Assembly: GCF_006345805.1 (NCBI RefSeq)
Contig: NC_043015.1
Coordinates: forward strand, 31,248,001-31,312,000
Direction: 5' to 3'
DNA from: Octopus sinensis
Taxonomy: Eukaryota
Length of the DNA stretch: 64,000 nt
The notes below the pieces were generated by a model that was given only the letters and a program-made list of their open reading frames with translations, did not search any database and was not told where the DNA came from. Positions 52,843 to 64,000 of the stretch are shown here, in pieces. Position 1 is the stretch's first letter, and every line of letters starts with the position of its first letter. Position numbers and translations under genes: made by a program.

Positions 52843-53270
52843 CTCTTTACTCTTTTACTCTTTTACTTGTTTCAGTCATCTGACCGCGGCCATGCTGGAG
52901 CACCGCCTTTTAATCGAGCAACTCGACCCTGGGACTTATTCTTTTTGTAAGCCCAGTACTTATTCTATCGGTGTCTTTTGCCAAACCGCTAAGTAACGGG
53001 GACATAAACACACCAGCATCGGTTGTCCAGCAATGCTAGGGGGACAAACACAGACACACAAACACATACACACACACATATATATACACGCACGCATATG
53101 TACATATATACGACGGGCTTCTTTCAGTTTCCGTCTACCAAATCCACTCACAAGGCTTTGGTCGGCCCGAGGCTATAGTAGAAGACACTTGCCCAAGGTG
53201 CCACGCAGTGGGACTGAACTCGGAACCATGTGGTTGGTAAACAAGCTACTTACCACGCAGCCACTCTTGC
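52843..53270 (-). mobile_element. SINE family A, minus-strand representative
   Basis: Full reverse complement of family A. Other - copies or fragments at about 8573-8795, 9236-9395, 10690-10830, 23560-23935, 28310-28460, 37080-37290, 39225-39430, 49815-50010, 55183-55350, 57056-57470, 57475-58115, 58140-58530 and 61570-61700. Confidence 0.9.
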
Positions 53271-54019
53271 GCCTCTCTCTCTCTTTCCAATCCTTTTCTC
53301 ACCATCATTTCCCCTTGCTTTCTCTCCCTCAATTCATATCCTGTCAGAGTTACGCAGGCCTTTGCTTACACAGTTTCCATAACTACAAATTTAGATCATG
53401 AAGTGTTGCAAGTCCCTTCAATATAATTAGGTAGTTTAATTAAGATGGCATGCTGACAGACTCATTAGCACACCGGAATAAAATGCATGACAGTATTTCT
53501 TCTGACTTTACATTCTGAGTTCAAATGCACCCAGGGTCGACCTTGCCTTTCGTAATTTTGAGGTTGATAAAATAAGTACCAGTTGAACATTAGGGGTCGA
53601 TGTCATCAACTTACCACTTCCCCTGAAATTGCTGGCTTTATGCAAAAATTTGAAATCAATATAATTAGGTAGCTCGTTGTACAAAGTTGAAATCCTTCAA
53701 TGAGATCTTTGAACTTTGAATCTCACAGAGTCAATCACTGGTGACCAAGACCATTGGTGATGTATTGTGCTTGAGAGGACCCATCAAGCCAAGTGCACCC
53801 ATGCTGGTGGCACATAAAGAGCATCTTTTGAACGTTGGGCTTCACAGAGGCAAAGTGGCTGAGTTCCTTTCGAGCATTGGGCCTGATGTCTTCAGCAGGG
53901 CTCTACACCACCTCACCACCACCACTACCAGTGATAAGCATTTCATTCTCATAGATAAAGATTTGCTATATTTCTCACAATCTGTTTTTTACTCAGAATG
54001 TTCATAAATAAATATATAT

Positions 54020-54346
54020 GAAAGCATGTGGCTTAGTGGTTAGAGTATTCAACTCACAATCTTAAGGTTGTGAGTTCAATTCCCAGCAGCGTGTTGTGTC
54101 CTCGAACAAATCACTTTATTTCATGGTGCTCCAGGCTACCCAGCTAGCAAAAATAAGCAGGACCTGTAATTCAAAGGGGCCAGCCTTATCACTTTCAGTG
54201 TCATGCTGAATCTTCCTGAGAACTACAGTAAGTGTACGCATGTCTACGGAATACTCAGCCACTTCCACATTAATTTCACGAGCAGGCTGTTCCATTAATC
54301 GGATCAACTGGAACCCTCATCATTATAACCGATGGAGTACCAGTTA
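54020..54346 (+). mobile_element. tRNA-derived CORE-type SINE family D
   Basis: TGGCTTAGTGG A-box, GAGTTCAATTCC B-box, GTTGTGTCCTCGAACAAATCACTT CORE-like segment. Other copies at about 1895-2115(-), 3410-3480(+) and 37900-38055(-). Confidence 0.75.
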
Positions 54347-55083
54347 ATATATGGGGCTTGTTTCTGTGTAGTTTCTTATTTCTTTATTGCCCACAAGGAA
54401 CTAAACATAGAGGGGACAAACAAGGACAGACAAAGGGATTAAGTTGATTACAACGAACCCAGTGCATAACTGGTACTTAATTTATCGACCCCGAAAGGAT
54501 GAAAGGCAAAGTCGACCTCAGCAGATGATTTACCATTTCTGCAGTGCTCTGCTTCTCTTGGTACTCAACGTACATGCTTATTTTGTTTAATGGTTAATCC
54601 AGCACTAGTGCTACCTCTTACTTTAACATGGTAATGAAAGGTTTGAGGAAGAAAGGAGTAATGTGGTTAGTGTTGAATGAAAAAGGCATTTAAAAGTTTT
54701 TAATTTTTTAAATTTTTATTTACTTTCTGGGTCTGGAGAAAGGAGTAGTACCTAAGGCCTTGACAGGTTCTCTAAGACTAATGAAATTGATATCATTAAC
54801 ATTATGCTTAAACTGTTGCAAGTCAGCACTTTCAGGGAAGACAAGTTCCATAAGACCAATGTTCTGATTGAAAGAACTGGGTTGGTAATGAAAGGGTAAG
54901 AGTGTCGTGATAATGATGATGATAAACATGCAAGTTTGACACCAGCCTCTACAGTGTAGTTGGAAAAGACATTTAAAGTGAGTGCATTGTGTGTGTAGAA
55001 AGAGAGAGAGAGAAAGGGAGAAGTGTCGCAGTAATGATTTTTTACCATTTAAGTTGCCCATCATGTCTTCATCTTCCTTACAG

Positions 55084-55149
55084 GAACAACAATTATATTA
55101 TAAAGAAATTACAGAAGCTTGCGTTGGAGCTGATGAACCACGACGTCAG
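55084..55149 (+). CDS. TAF6: TAF6 coding exon 5
   Basis: EQQLYYKEITEACVGADEPRRQ. CAG acceptor, GTTAGA donor, 66 nt, phase 0/0. Confidence 0.92.
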
Positions 55150-55459
55150 GTTAGATGATCTTTTCTTTTTTATTTGTTTTATATTCTTTTATTCTTTTAC
55201 TTGTTTCAGTCATTTGACTGCGGCCATGCTGGAGCACCACCTTTTAGTTGAACAAATCAACCCCAGGACTTATTCTTTGTAAGCTTAGTACCTTATTCTA
55301 TCAGTCTCTTTTGCTGAACCGCTAAGTTACAGGGATGTAAACACACCAACATCATATACATGGTCATATACATCATATACATGGTCGGCCCGAGGCTATA
55401 GTAGAAGCCGTGTGTGTGTGTAGTATAATGTTCATCTATTGTTGTCAGCAATAACCTGA

Positions 55460-55660
55460 ACATCACAGGGGAGAAGAAGACGAGGCATTGTGCTTCTGGC
55501 TGTGGTCAATTAGGCCAATATGTGCTTCGAAGGTTCTGCCACAGATTGGGCCCCGGTGGGCTGCTAGGAATGAAGGCAAGGAGCTGGCTCTGGACTTGCA
55601 CAGCTCATGTTTTCTTTGTGCTCCTCCGATCCTATTGTGTTTGTAAGAAATGGCACATCT
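55460..55660 (-). mobile_element. RTE/BovB-like 3' end with C2H2-like motif
   Basis: Q RKHELCKSR...ICGRTFEAHIGLIDHSQKH, matching the RTE-BovB C-terminal C..CGR.F.A.IGL.SH motif. Confidence 0.65.
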
Positions 55661-55669
55661 GTTGGTAGA

Positions 55670-56320
55670 ATGCACTCGTGCCAGTGCTGTGTAGATGCAG
55701 TGATACGGGAAAGGCACCCATGCTGGTGACATGTGAAAGGCACTTGTGCCGGTGATATGTGAGAGGCACCCGTGCCAGTGACACATGAGAGGTAACCATG
55801 CTGGTGACACGTGTGAGGCACCTGTGTTGGTGACCCGTGAGAGGCACCTGTGCTGGTGACATGTGAGAGGCACCTGTGCTAGTGACACGTGAGAGGCACC
55901 TGTGCTGGTGACACGTGAGAGGCACCTGTACTGATGACCCGTGAGAGGCACCTCTGCTATTGACACGTGAGAGGCACCTGTGCTGGTGTCACGTGAGAGG
56001 CACCTGTGCTGGTGACCCGTGAGAGGCACCTGTGCTGGTGACATGTGAGAGGCACCTGTACTGATGACACGTGTGAGGCACCTGTGCTGGTGACCCGTGA
56101 GAGGCACCTGTGCTGGTGACATGTGAGAGGCACCTGTGCTGGTGTCACGTGAGAGGCACCTGTGCTGGTGACACGTGAGAGGTAACCGTGCCGGTGACAC
56201 GTGAGAGGCACCTGTGCTGATAACACGTGAGAGCTACCTGTGCTGGTGACACATGAGAGGCACTTATGCCAGTGACACAAAAGGCACCCATGCTTGTGAC
56301 ACATGAGAGACATCTGTTAT
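55670..56320. repeat. 26-bp minisatellite (~20+ units) in TAF6 intron
   Basis: Unit GAGGCACCTGTGCTGGTGACACGTGA with point variants. Confidence 0.95.
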
Positions 56321-56848
56321 ACTCTGTAAAGTGGTTGGCATTAGGAAGAACATTCAGTTATAGAAACCAAGCCAAAACAACTGGAACCTGGTACAGCTCT
56401 TTGGTTACCATCTCCAGCCAAACTGTCCTACCTATGCCAACAGGAAACTGCACCAGGCTCCAGTCTGATCTGGCAGTGTTTCTACAGCTGGATGCCCTTC
56501 CTAATGCCAACCACTCCATGAGTGTAGTGGATGCTTTTTACATGCCAAGAGGGGCTGGCAACTGCTACGATCGGTTGGTGCTTTTTACGTGCCACCGGCA
56601 CGGAGGCCAGTCGAGGCAGCGCTGGCAGTGGCCACATTCGGATTGTTCTTTTACGTGCCACTGGCACTGGTATCACAACTACAATTTCCATTGATTTTTT
56701 TGATCGATTTCGATATATATATATATATATATATACACTCACACACAATGGACTTTCATCTGGTACATTCTATTTGTAGGGTTTACTGTGTTATTTACTT
56801 TGCTGATTGTTTTTCTCTTGTTGATACCTTTTTTTTTCTTTTTGGCAG

Positions 56849-57028
56849 CAAGCCTTACAGAGTTTAGTGTCCGACCCTGGATTACACCAAATGCTACCTC
56901 GGTTTAGTACTTTCATATCCGAAGGTGTCAAGATCAATGTTGTTCAGAACAACTTAGCTTTGCTGATTTACCTGATGAGAATGGTGAAGTCATTGATTGA
57001 CAATCCAAACTTGTATCTAGAAAAATAT
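56849..57028 (+). CDS. TAF6: TAF6 coding exon 6 (start of HEAT-repeat region)
   Basis: [63 protein letters not shown] acceptor, GTAAGT donor, 180 nt. Confidence 0.96.
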
Positions 57029-57679
57029 GTAAGTATTCCTTTCATTCTGTATGTGTACTCTTTTACATGTTTCAGTCATTTGACTGCGGCCATGCTGGAG
57101 CACCGCCTTTAGTCAAGCAAATCGACCCCGGGACTTATTCTTTTGTAAGCCCAGTACTTATTCTATCAGTCTCTTTTCGCCGAACCACTAAGTGACGGGG
57201 ACGTAAACACACCAGCATCGGTTGTCAAGCAATGATAGGGGGACAAACACAGACACACAAACATATACACATACATACATATATATATATATATATACAC
57301 ATATATACGACGGCCTTCTTTCAGTTTCCGTCTACCAAATCCACTCACAAGGCATTGGTCGGCCCGGGGCTATAGCAGAAGACACTTGCCCAAGATGCCA
57401 CGCAGTGGGACTGAACCCGGAGCCATGTGGTTGGTTAGCAAGCTACTTACCACACAGCCACTCCTGTGCCTATCTTTTATTTTATTTTTTAACTTCTTTC
57501 AGTCAATGGACTGTGATCATACTGGGGTACCACCTTGAAATGTTTTAGCTGAACAGATCAACCCCAATACTTATTTTTTTAAAATTTTGCTACTTGTTCT
57601 ATCAGTCTCTTTTACCAAACTGCTAAGTTATGGTGATGTAAGCAAACCAAAACTAGATGTCAAATGGTGAGGAGGTACG

Positions 57680-57888
57680 AATACACATACACACATATAC
57701 ACACACACACACACATACACACACACATATACACACACACATATACACACACACATATACACACACACATATACACACACACACATACACACACATACAC
57801 ACACACATATACACACACACACATACACACACACACATACACACACACATACACAAACACACATACACACATATACACACACACACAT

Positions 57889-57919
<31 letters not shown>

Positions 57920-57960
57920 TACACAAACACATATACACACACACATACACACACATATTT
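57680..57960. repeat. (CA)n/(CATA) compound microsatellite expanded inside a SINE-A copy
   Basis: Lies at the internal microsatellite position of family A. Confidence 0.9.
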
Positions 57961-59374
57961 ATTGGGCTTCTATACAGTTTCCATCTCCCAAATTCACTCA
58001 CAATTCATTGGTTTACCCAGGGCTATCATAGAAGACACTTTTCCCAAGATGTCATGTAGTAGTACTGAATATGAAACCACATGGTTACAAAGCAAGCTCC
58101 TTCACCATTCAGGCATGCTGTTTTTTTTTTTTTTTTTTTCTTTTACTTGTTTCAGTCATTTGACTGCGGCCATGCTGGAGCACCGCCTTTAGTCGAGCAA
58201 ATCGACCCCGGGACTTATTCTTTGTAAGCCCAGTACTTATTCTATCGGTCTCTTTTTGCCGAACCGCTAAGTGACAGGGACGTAAACACACCAACATCGG
58301 TTGTCAGGTAATGTTGGTGGGGAACAAACACAGACACACAAACACACACACATACATATATATATATACATATATACGACAGGCTTCTTTCAGTTTCTGT
58401 CTACCAAATCCACTCACAAGGCATTGGTCGTCCCGGGGCTATATCAGATGACACTTGCCCAAGATGCCATGCAGTGGGACTGAACCATGTGGTTGGTTAG
58501 CAAGCTACTTACCACACAGCCACTCCTGCTGTTTATGTGCAGTTCAGTCTATCAGCTCATGGGTGTTGAGTTTAAAGACTGGCTTCCGTGCCGGTGGCAC
58601 GTAAAAAGCACCCACTACACTCTTGGAGTGGTTGGCGTTCGGAAGGGCATCCAGCTGTAGAAACACTGCCAGATCAGACTGGTGCCTGGTGCAGCCTCTT
58701 GGCTTCCCAGATCCCCGGTTGAAAACCGTCCAACCCAATGGACGTTAAACGATGATGATGATGATTTGTGAACCCCTTTTATTACAATATTTTTCTGGTG
58801 GACCCCTCCATGGCCATTCAATGTTTAAAAACTAGTTTTATAGAGACTTCCTTCCAAATTCATATTTTTGTTTTACATGCATCGACTTGTGAATATTGAA
58901 CTACATAACACATTAGAGAAAGAAACTCAGCTGTTTCTTGCCATAAATGCATCTACCCAAAAAATCTTATATGGACCCCTTAGAAGTCCCTTGTTGAGAA
59001 TCACTGATCTAGAAGAGGCAATGCCCATGGTATTCAAAGACCCTCCGAGACTGGTGAGACCAATACAGTTAATGTTCCTCCTGAACCGTAGCAAGTCAAT
59101 GGATACTGGAAAAACATGGAGATATCACAGTTCACCTATTGCGGTTTATTATTTAAGCTTATGTCGATTTCTCCGTGGTGTTGTTTTGCATTTGTAATAA
59201 AATAAATATATACAAATTATAAAAATAATTTTAAAAATATATCAAGTACAGTACTGTTTTTACTTTGGATTTTAACCTATTGCAGAGGGTTTTGGAACAT
59301 AATACCCGCAATAGTCGAGGGATTACTGTTCTTACTTCAGCCTTTCACTCCCTACAGAGTATAGGCCATCAACA

Positions 59375-59755
59375 AACAATAACTCTGAGCACCTTTTCAA
59401 ACTCCACCCATCTAACACCCGTGGACATATTTACAAAGTAAGAAAACAGCACAGCTCCCATGACTTCAGGAAACATTTTTTCACGCTGAGAGTTGCTGAA
59501 GCATGGAACAAACTGCTGGCATCAGTTGTTAGTTGTCGGAGCACTGCATCCTTCAAAACTTCCATGCTTCCTGAGATTCGCCAACACTACACCTGATTTT
59601 CTCCCCTCCATACACACGCAAGCATGTATCTGACTCATACACTGTTCGCTTTCCAGACATTTCTACATTACTGCATATACTTTATATGCACTTTCTGACA
59701 AGTTGTGGTGCACCTGAGCACTGTATACAATAATTTCATTATTATTATTATTTTA
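59375..59755 (+). mobile_element. CR1-clade LINE 3' end
   Basis: TRGHIYKVRKQHSSHDFRKHFFTLRVAEAWNKL..VV....SFK stop, then a 3' UTR and an (ATT)n tail. Confidence 0.8.
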
Positions 59756-61424
59756 TAGTAACTCCTCTCTACCGTTCCTAACTCTGAGCTATCTTTCATT
59801 CTTCTCTCCACTTGGATCCCTGCTTTTTTTCATTTGGACTGCACTGCACTGCATCATATGTTTCCCCCAAGAGAAGGCCTTCTTCTCCCAGGTCTTGTTG
59901 GTTTTGAATTGTCTTTTTAGGTTGGGGAGTTGATCCCTTGCAAACTTATTTTGTACCTTTGGGAAGATGCGGTCCACATTAGTTTGACCTCTATCCTTTG
60001 ACCCGTCCAGCATGGGAAGCCCTACCAACAGCTTATGCTCCACTAACATAGCTCTTGGGGGTCATCAAAGCACTCAAGCCACCACACTGCAATAAAGACT
60101 GGACCTCATTGCGATGTGGTGTGTAGAATGTTCTGGGGAAGGAATATAGGCTAGTGAAGGGACCTAGGTAGGAAGGAAATGCTTTATAAGTGGAATTATT
60201 TCATTGAACATATTTAACTTGCACACTTAAATATATTCAGTTCACTTATATCAGACAACATCAACTGATGAGTCTCTACATAGTGGCTCAAATTTCTAGA
60301 AATAGCAGTCGAATTTTCCTCGTCTGTGTACACTACTTCTGCACGAAAGTATTTAAGCCATGACAAGATGGTCATGGCTTAAATACTTTCAATCGTAGGT
60401 CCACTCTATTAAGGATGCCCTGGAGCCAAATATCAACATCTTCATCTTCTCCTAAGTGCAGATATGGCTATGTAAAGCCTTGTGAGCGGATTTGGCAGAT
60501 GGAAATTGAAAGAAACCCATCATATGTGTGTGTGTGTGTGTGTGTCTTTGTCTGTGTTTCTCCTTCGCCCACCACTTGACAACTGGTGTTGGTGTGTTTA
60601 CATCCCCATAACTTAGTAGTTCAGCAAAAGTGACAGAATAAGTACCAGGCTTTAAAAGAATAAGTACTTGGGTTGATTCATTCAACTAAAATTCTTCATA
60701 GCAATACCCCAGCATTTTCTATTGGTGTCTTTTTTCTACTTTATATAGATTATTTAGAAATACTATTTTGCCATTTTCATTTTTTTGTATTCCTTTTTTC
60801 CTTTTTCCTGCTAAATGAGCACTTGAGTTAGATTTTATTTTTGTATTTTGTTAAATATCTTTGAAATTGAACAATAGTGTCAAATGTCAAACCTAAAAGA
60901 TAAGAAAGCTGATTTCTCTAAAAATGAAACTTAATGCCTCAAATCAAATTCAATGAGAAAAGTCTTCAGAAACTACAAAAAAAAAAAAACAAGTGAAAGA
61001 AGCAAAGAGAAAAAAAATCAGAGTTAATATTGTTTTCAAGATCTTTATTAAGTTCAAAACACACACCAAACATATGTAGTAACATTAGGCAAAGCTATGA
61101 AGAAAGCTTTACTACTTTGACTAAAAGATAAAATCTAAAATGTATTTCTTATAAACTTTATGACACAATCAAAAAACAGTAAGAGAATTTTAGTCAACTC
61201 ACTATTAGAAATCAAATATTTTATCAACTGCAGTTTGAATCTTTAGGTAATAAGGGGTAGCTTGAAAAATTTTTAATCAAAGTTTTCTATATAATATGAA
61301 ACTACCTGGTAAAATGGATCAAGTGATAAGAAGACTCCTGAAGAATTTGTGCCTAAGGTTAAAGATATCACGAAACACCGAGCAAATGTAATTCTCAGAG
61401 AGGTGAGCATTACATACAAACTTG

Positions 61425-61551
61425 ACCACATGATTTACCACAGTACTATGGCTAGCCATAGTACTTTACCACATGATTTATCACAGTACTATGGCTAGCC
61501 ATAGTACTTTACCACATGATTTACCATAGTACTATGGCTAGCCATAGTACT
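61425..61551. repeat. 43-bp tandem repeat x3, each with a 24-bp perfect palindrome
   Basis: Units start at 61425, 61468 and 61511; palindrome AGTACTATGGCT|AGCCATAGTACT. Confidence 0.95.
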
Positions 61552-61966
61552 GTGGCCATTCTGAGGTTTGGGTCCATCATGTCAACCTCAGCACTATTTC
61601 ATTCTTGGACTTCTTTTATCAAGATCTATTTGTCAAACTGCTAAGTTACAGGGCACAAAGTGACACAACATAACCAACAGTGGTTCTTATACCAGTGTAA
61701 GTATAAACATGGAACACACACACACGCACATATTAATGTTTGTTTTTACGTTCAGTTATAATAAAACCAGTTTTACATCAATCTTATGAGTTACTCTATA
61801 CTTTTGCAGAGTACAAATTTTTTATTCTTATGCAAGAATGTTGTTGATAGTGACTTCAGAATTTCAATGGTGGCTTAACTGACTGAAACTTCAAAGTTAC
61901 TGTCAACAACATTTTTGTTTGAGAATAAATATATACATATATAAGAGAGTATATATATGTATATGT

Positions 61967-62260
61967 GGAGGCGCAATGGCCCAGTGGTTAGGGCAGCGGA
62001 CTCGCGGTTTTGATTCCCAGACCGGGCGTTGTGAGTGTTTATTGAGCGAAAACACCTAAAAGCTCCACGAGGCTCCGGCGGGGGGGGGGGGTGATCCCTG
62101 CTGTACTCTTTCACCACTGTTTCTCCCATTCTTTCTTCTGTTGGCCTGCTCGCTTAGCCAGCGGGGTGGCGTCATTCGAAGGTTAAAACAATGCGAACGC
62201 ATTGTGACCAGCGATGTGTAACTACATCTGATGGACTGGTCGGTCACGTGATCACGTGAT
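61967..62260 (+). mobile_element. tRNA-derived SINE family E
   Basis: GGAGGCGCAATGGCCCAGTGGTTAGGGCAGCGGACT tRNA-like head with a partly deleted B-box. CpG-rich, so probably young. Ends in TCACGTGATCACGTGA. Confidence 0.7.
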
Positions 62261-62297
62261 ATATGTATGTATATATATATATATATATATATATACC

Positions 62298-62612
62298 GTA
62301 CCGGTGGCATGTAAGAGGCACCATTCGAGCGGGATTGTTACCGGCATCGCCTTACTGGCACCTGAGCTGTTGGCACGTGTAAAAAGATTCGAGCGAGGTT
62401 GTTGCCAATAGCGCTTGACTGGCTCCCGTGCCGGTGGCATGTAAAAGCACCCACTACACTCTCGGAGTGGTTAGCATTAGGAAGGGCATCCAGCTGTAGA
62501 AACTCTGCCAGATCAAGACTGGAGCCTGGCGCAGCCATCTGGTTCGCCAGCCCTCAGTCAAATCGTCCAACGCATGCTAGCATAGAAAGCGGACGTTAAA
62601 CGATGATGATGA
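62298..62612 (+). mobile_element. SINE-like family C with internal 26-bp module, CCATGCTAGCATGG 3' hairpin and (GAT)n tail
   Basis: GTGCCGGTGGCACGTAAAAAGCACC module; GGTTGGCGTTAGGAAGGGCATCC core. Copies at about 255-532, 1575-1750, 2965-3220, 12360-12720(-), 13010-13150(-), 14590-14780, 15045-15215, 36085-36480(-), 44255-44530(-), 51500-51700(-), 51880-52020, 56440-56690(-) and 58580-58770. Confidence 0.85.
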
Positions 62613-62935
62613 GGATATTGTAGTTTGCTTGAAGCATTATGTATTGTTTGCAAAATATGATGTCTTGAATGGCACAACAATGCATGTATGTAGAGATAAG
62701 GATCTAAACATAATGACTTACATTAAGTCATCATAGCCAAAGTCCACTGACGAAATACTGAAAGGCAAGCAAGAAATGTATTTCCATTTAACAAATACTC
62801 ATACCTCTACCAACAGTACTTGGCCTACCTGTATTGACGCGTATGTGAATGGATTCCTTGATAAGATGTAATATTTTGTGTTGAATAAACACTTTTGAAG
62901 AATAAATTCGATTATCTTCTGTTTATCCCTCAGAG

Positions 62936-63154
62936 TAGTGCTTTTCAAACTTTTTGCTGGACCGGAACCCCAGGGAAACATTCCACTGGCTCGGGGAACC
63001 CCTGTGCAATAATTTAATAGTCTTCTGCACACATATCTGCACAGGAGAATTAAAAACTACTGCCGATTTTAGCAGTTTTGTAACTTCTTGCGGATTCCCT
63101 GGACTGTACTGGTGGAACCCTAAGGTTCTGTGGAACCCTGGTTGAAAACCACTG
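62936..63154. mobile_element. hAT (Charlie-like) MITE
   Basis: TIRs TAGTGCTTTTCAA / TTGAAAACCACTG; 8-bp TSD CCTCAGAG / CCTTAGAG (7/8 match). Confidence 0.8.
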
Positions 63155-63491
63155 CCTTAGAGCATTCAGATTACTTGGTCGAATGTAATGCTTATTCATT
63201 CACATTGATTTGAATTAATCATACATTATCTCATAGCTTTGAGATTTCAATGATGTGGTTGTTGATTTTTAAAATGACACTGGAGGTAAAAAGCCAGATC
63301 TGGCCAATTTGAACATAAAACAGAAAATTTGGGGCCAGACGTGGCCAGTTTAAATGCTAAAGGGTTATATCTGCTTTCCATGTCAGCATGAGTTGAGTGG
63401 GTCATCACAGTCCAAATCAGTTCTTGTTAGAAGTTTTACCACCTTAAATTGAAAGTCTTGACTGTACTAACCAGGTGATGGGCATAGAGTA

Positions 63492-64000
63492 TGTTACCTA
63501 TCAGACCTCCCATTTGTTACCTATCAGACCTCCCATTTGTTACCTATCAGACCTCTCATTTGTTACCTATCAGACCTCCCATTTGTTACCTATCAGACCT
63601 CCCATTTGTTACCTATCAGACCTCCCTTTGTTACCTATCAGACCTCCATTTGTTACCTATCAGACCTCCCATTTGTTACCTATCAGACCTCCCATTTGTT
63701 ACCTATCAGACCTCCCATTTGTTACCTATCAGACCTCCCATTTGTTACCTATCAGACCTCCCATTTGTTACCTATCAGACCTCCCATTTGTTACCTATCA
63801 GACCTCCCATTTGTTACCTATCAGGCATCACATTTGTTACCTATCAGACCTCCCATTTGTTACCTATCAGACATCCCATTTGTTACCTATCAGACCTCCC
63901 ATTTGTTACCTATCAGACCTCCCATTTGTTACCTATCAGACCTCCCATTTGTTACCTATCAGACCTCCCATTGTTACCTATCAGCCTCCCATTTGTTACC
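63492..64000. repeat. 23-bp minisatellite (~22 units), runs off the window end
   Basis: Unit TGTTACCTATCAGACCTCCCATT. Confidence 0.97.

Noticed and set aside
48586-56980. CTGATGA heptamers inside TAF6 exons (48586, 55130, 56972)
   Set aside because: Coding sequence, with no GAAA or stem architecture.
60265-60310. CTGATGA followed by GAAA as an HHR
   Set aside because: No convincing stem II or stem I pairing. CTGACGA at 62747 and CCGATGA at 20064 were rejected for the same reason.
61312-61401. Open frame GSSDKKTPEEFVPK...ILRE ending in GTGAGC as the next TAF6 exon
   Set aside because: In-frame stop directly upstream, no acceptor AG, and no similarity to the expected TAF6 continuation (HEL.PAV.TCIVS).
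61967-62020. tRNA-like heads here and in SINE A, B and D copies
   Set aside because: Incomplete cloverleaves fused to SINE bodies; not called as tRNA genes.
63492-64000. CRISPR-like appearance of the 23-, 26-, 28-, 43- and 49-bp repeat arrays
   Set aside because: Units are contiguous with no unique spacers, there are no cas genes, and the context is eukaryotic.

Overview
AT-rich, microsatellite-dense eukaryotic DNA. The repeat landscape looks like an octopus (cephalopod) genome; this is an inference from recalled SINE families. No prokaryotic features or CRISPR arrays were found. Two host genes are supported. (1) TAF6 on + has six consecutive, phase-consistent coding exons from 48495 to 57028. 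Its next exon was not found, so the gene probably continues past 64000. (2) A probable first coding exon of a diacylglycerol kinase eta/delta-type gene lies on - at 21124-21306, with a first intron apparently running off the left end. The rest is transposon debris: at least five SINE-type families in dozens of copies, CR1, RTE and R4/Dong LINE fragments, a Ty3/gypsy remnant, Penelope-like elements (PLEs), Helitron, piggyBac and hAT non-autonomous elements, and mini/microsatellites. The most notable hidden layer is a set of minimal hammerhead ribozyme (HHR) motifs. These include an intact one just upstream of a Naiad-like PLE and a ~210-bp non-coding repeat family (4 copies) carrying an HHR with a variant CCGACGA core. 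Also of note are long perfect palindromes and a TAF6delta-like alternative donor. Repeat coordinates were read by eye and are approximate; exon coordinates were checked base by base.
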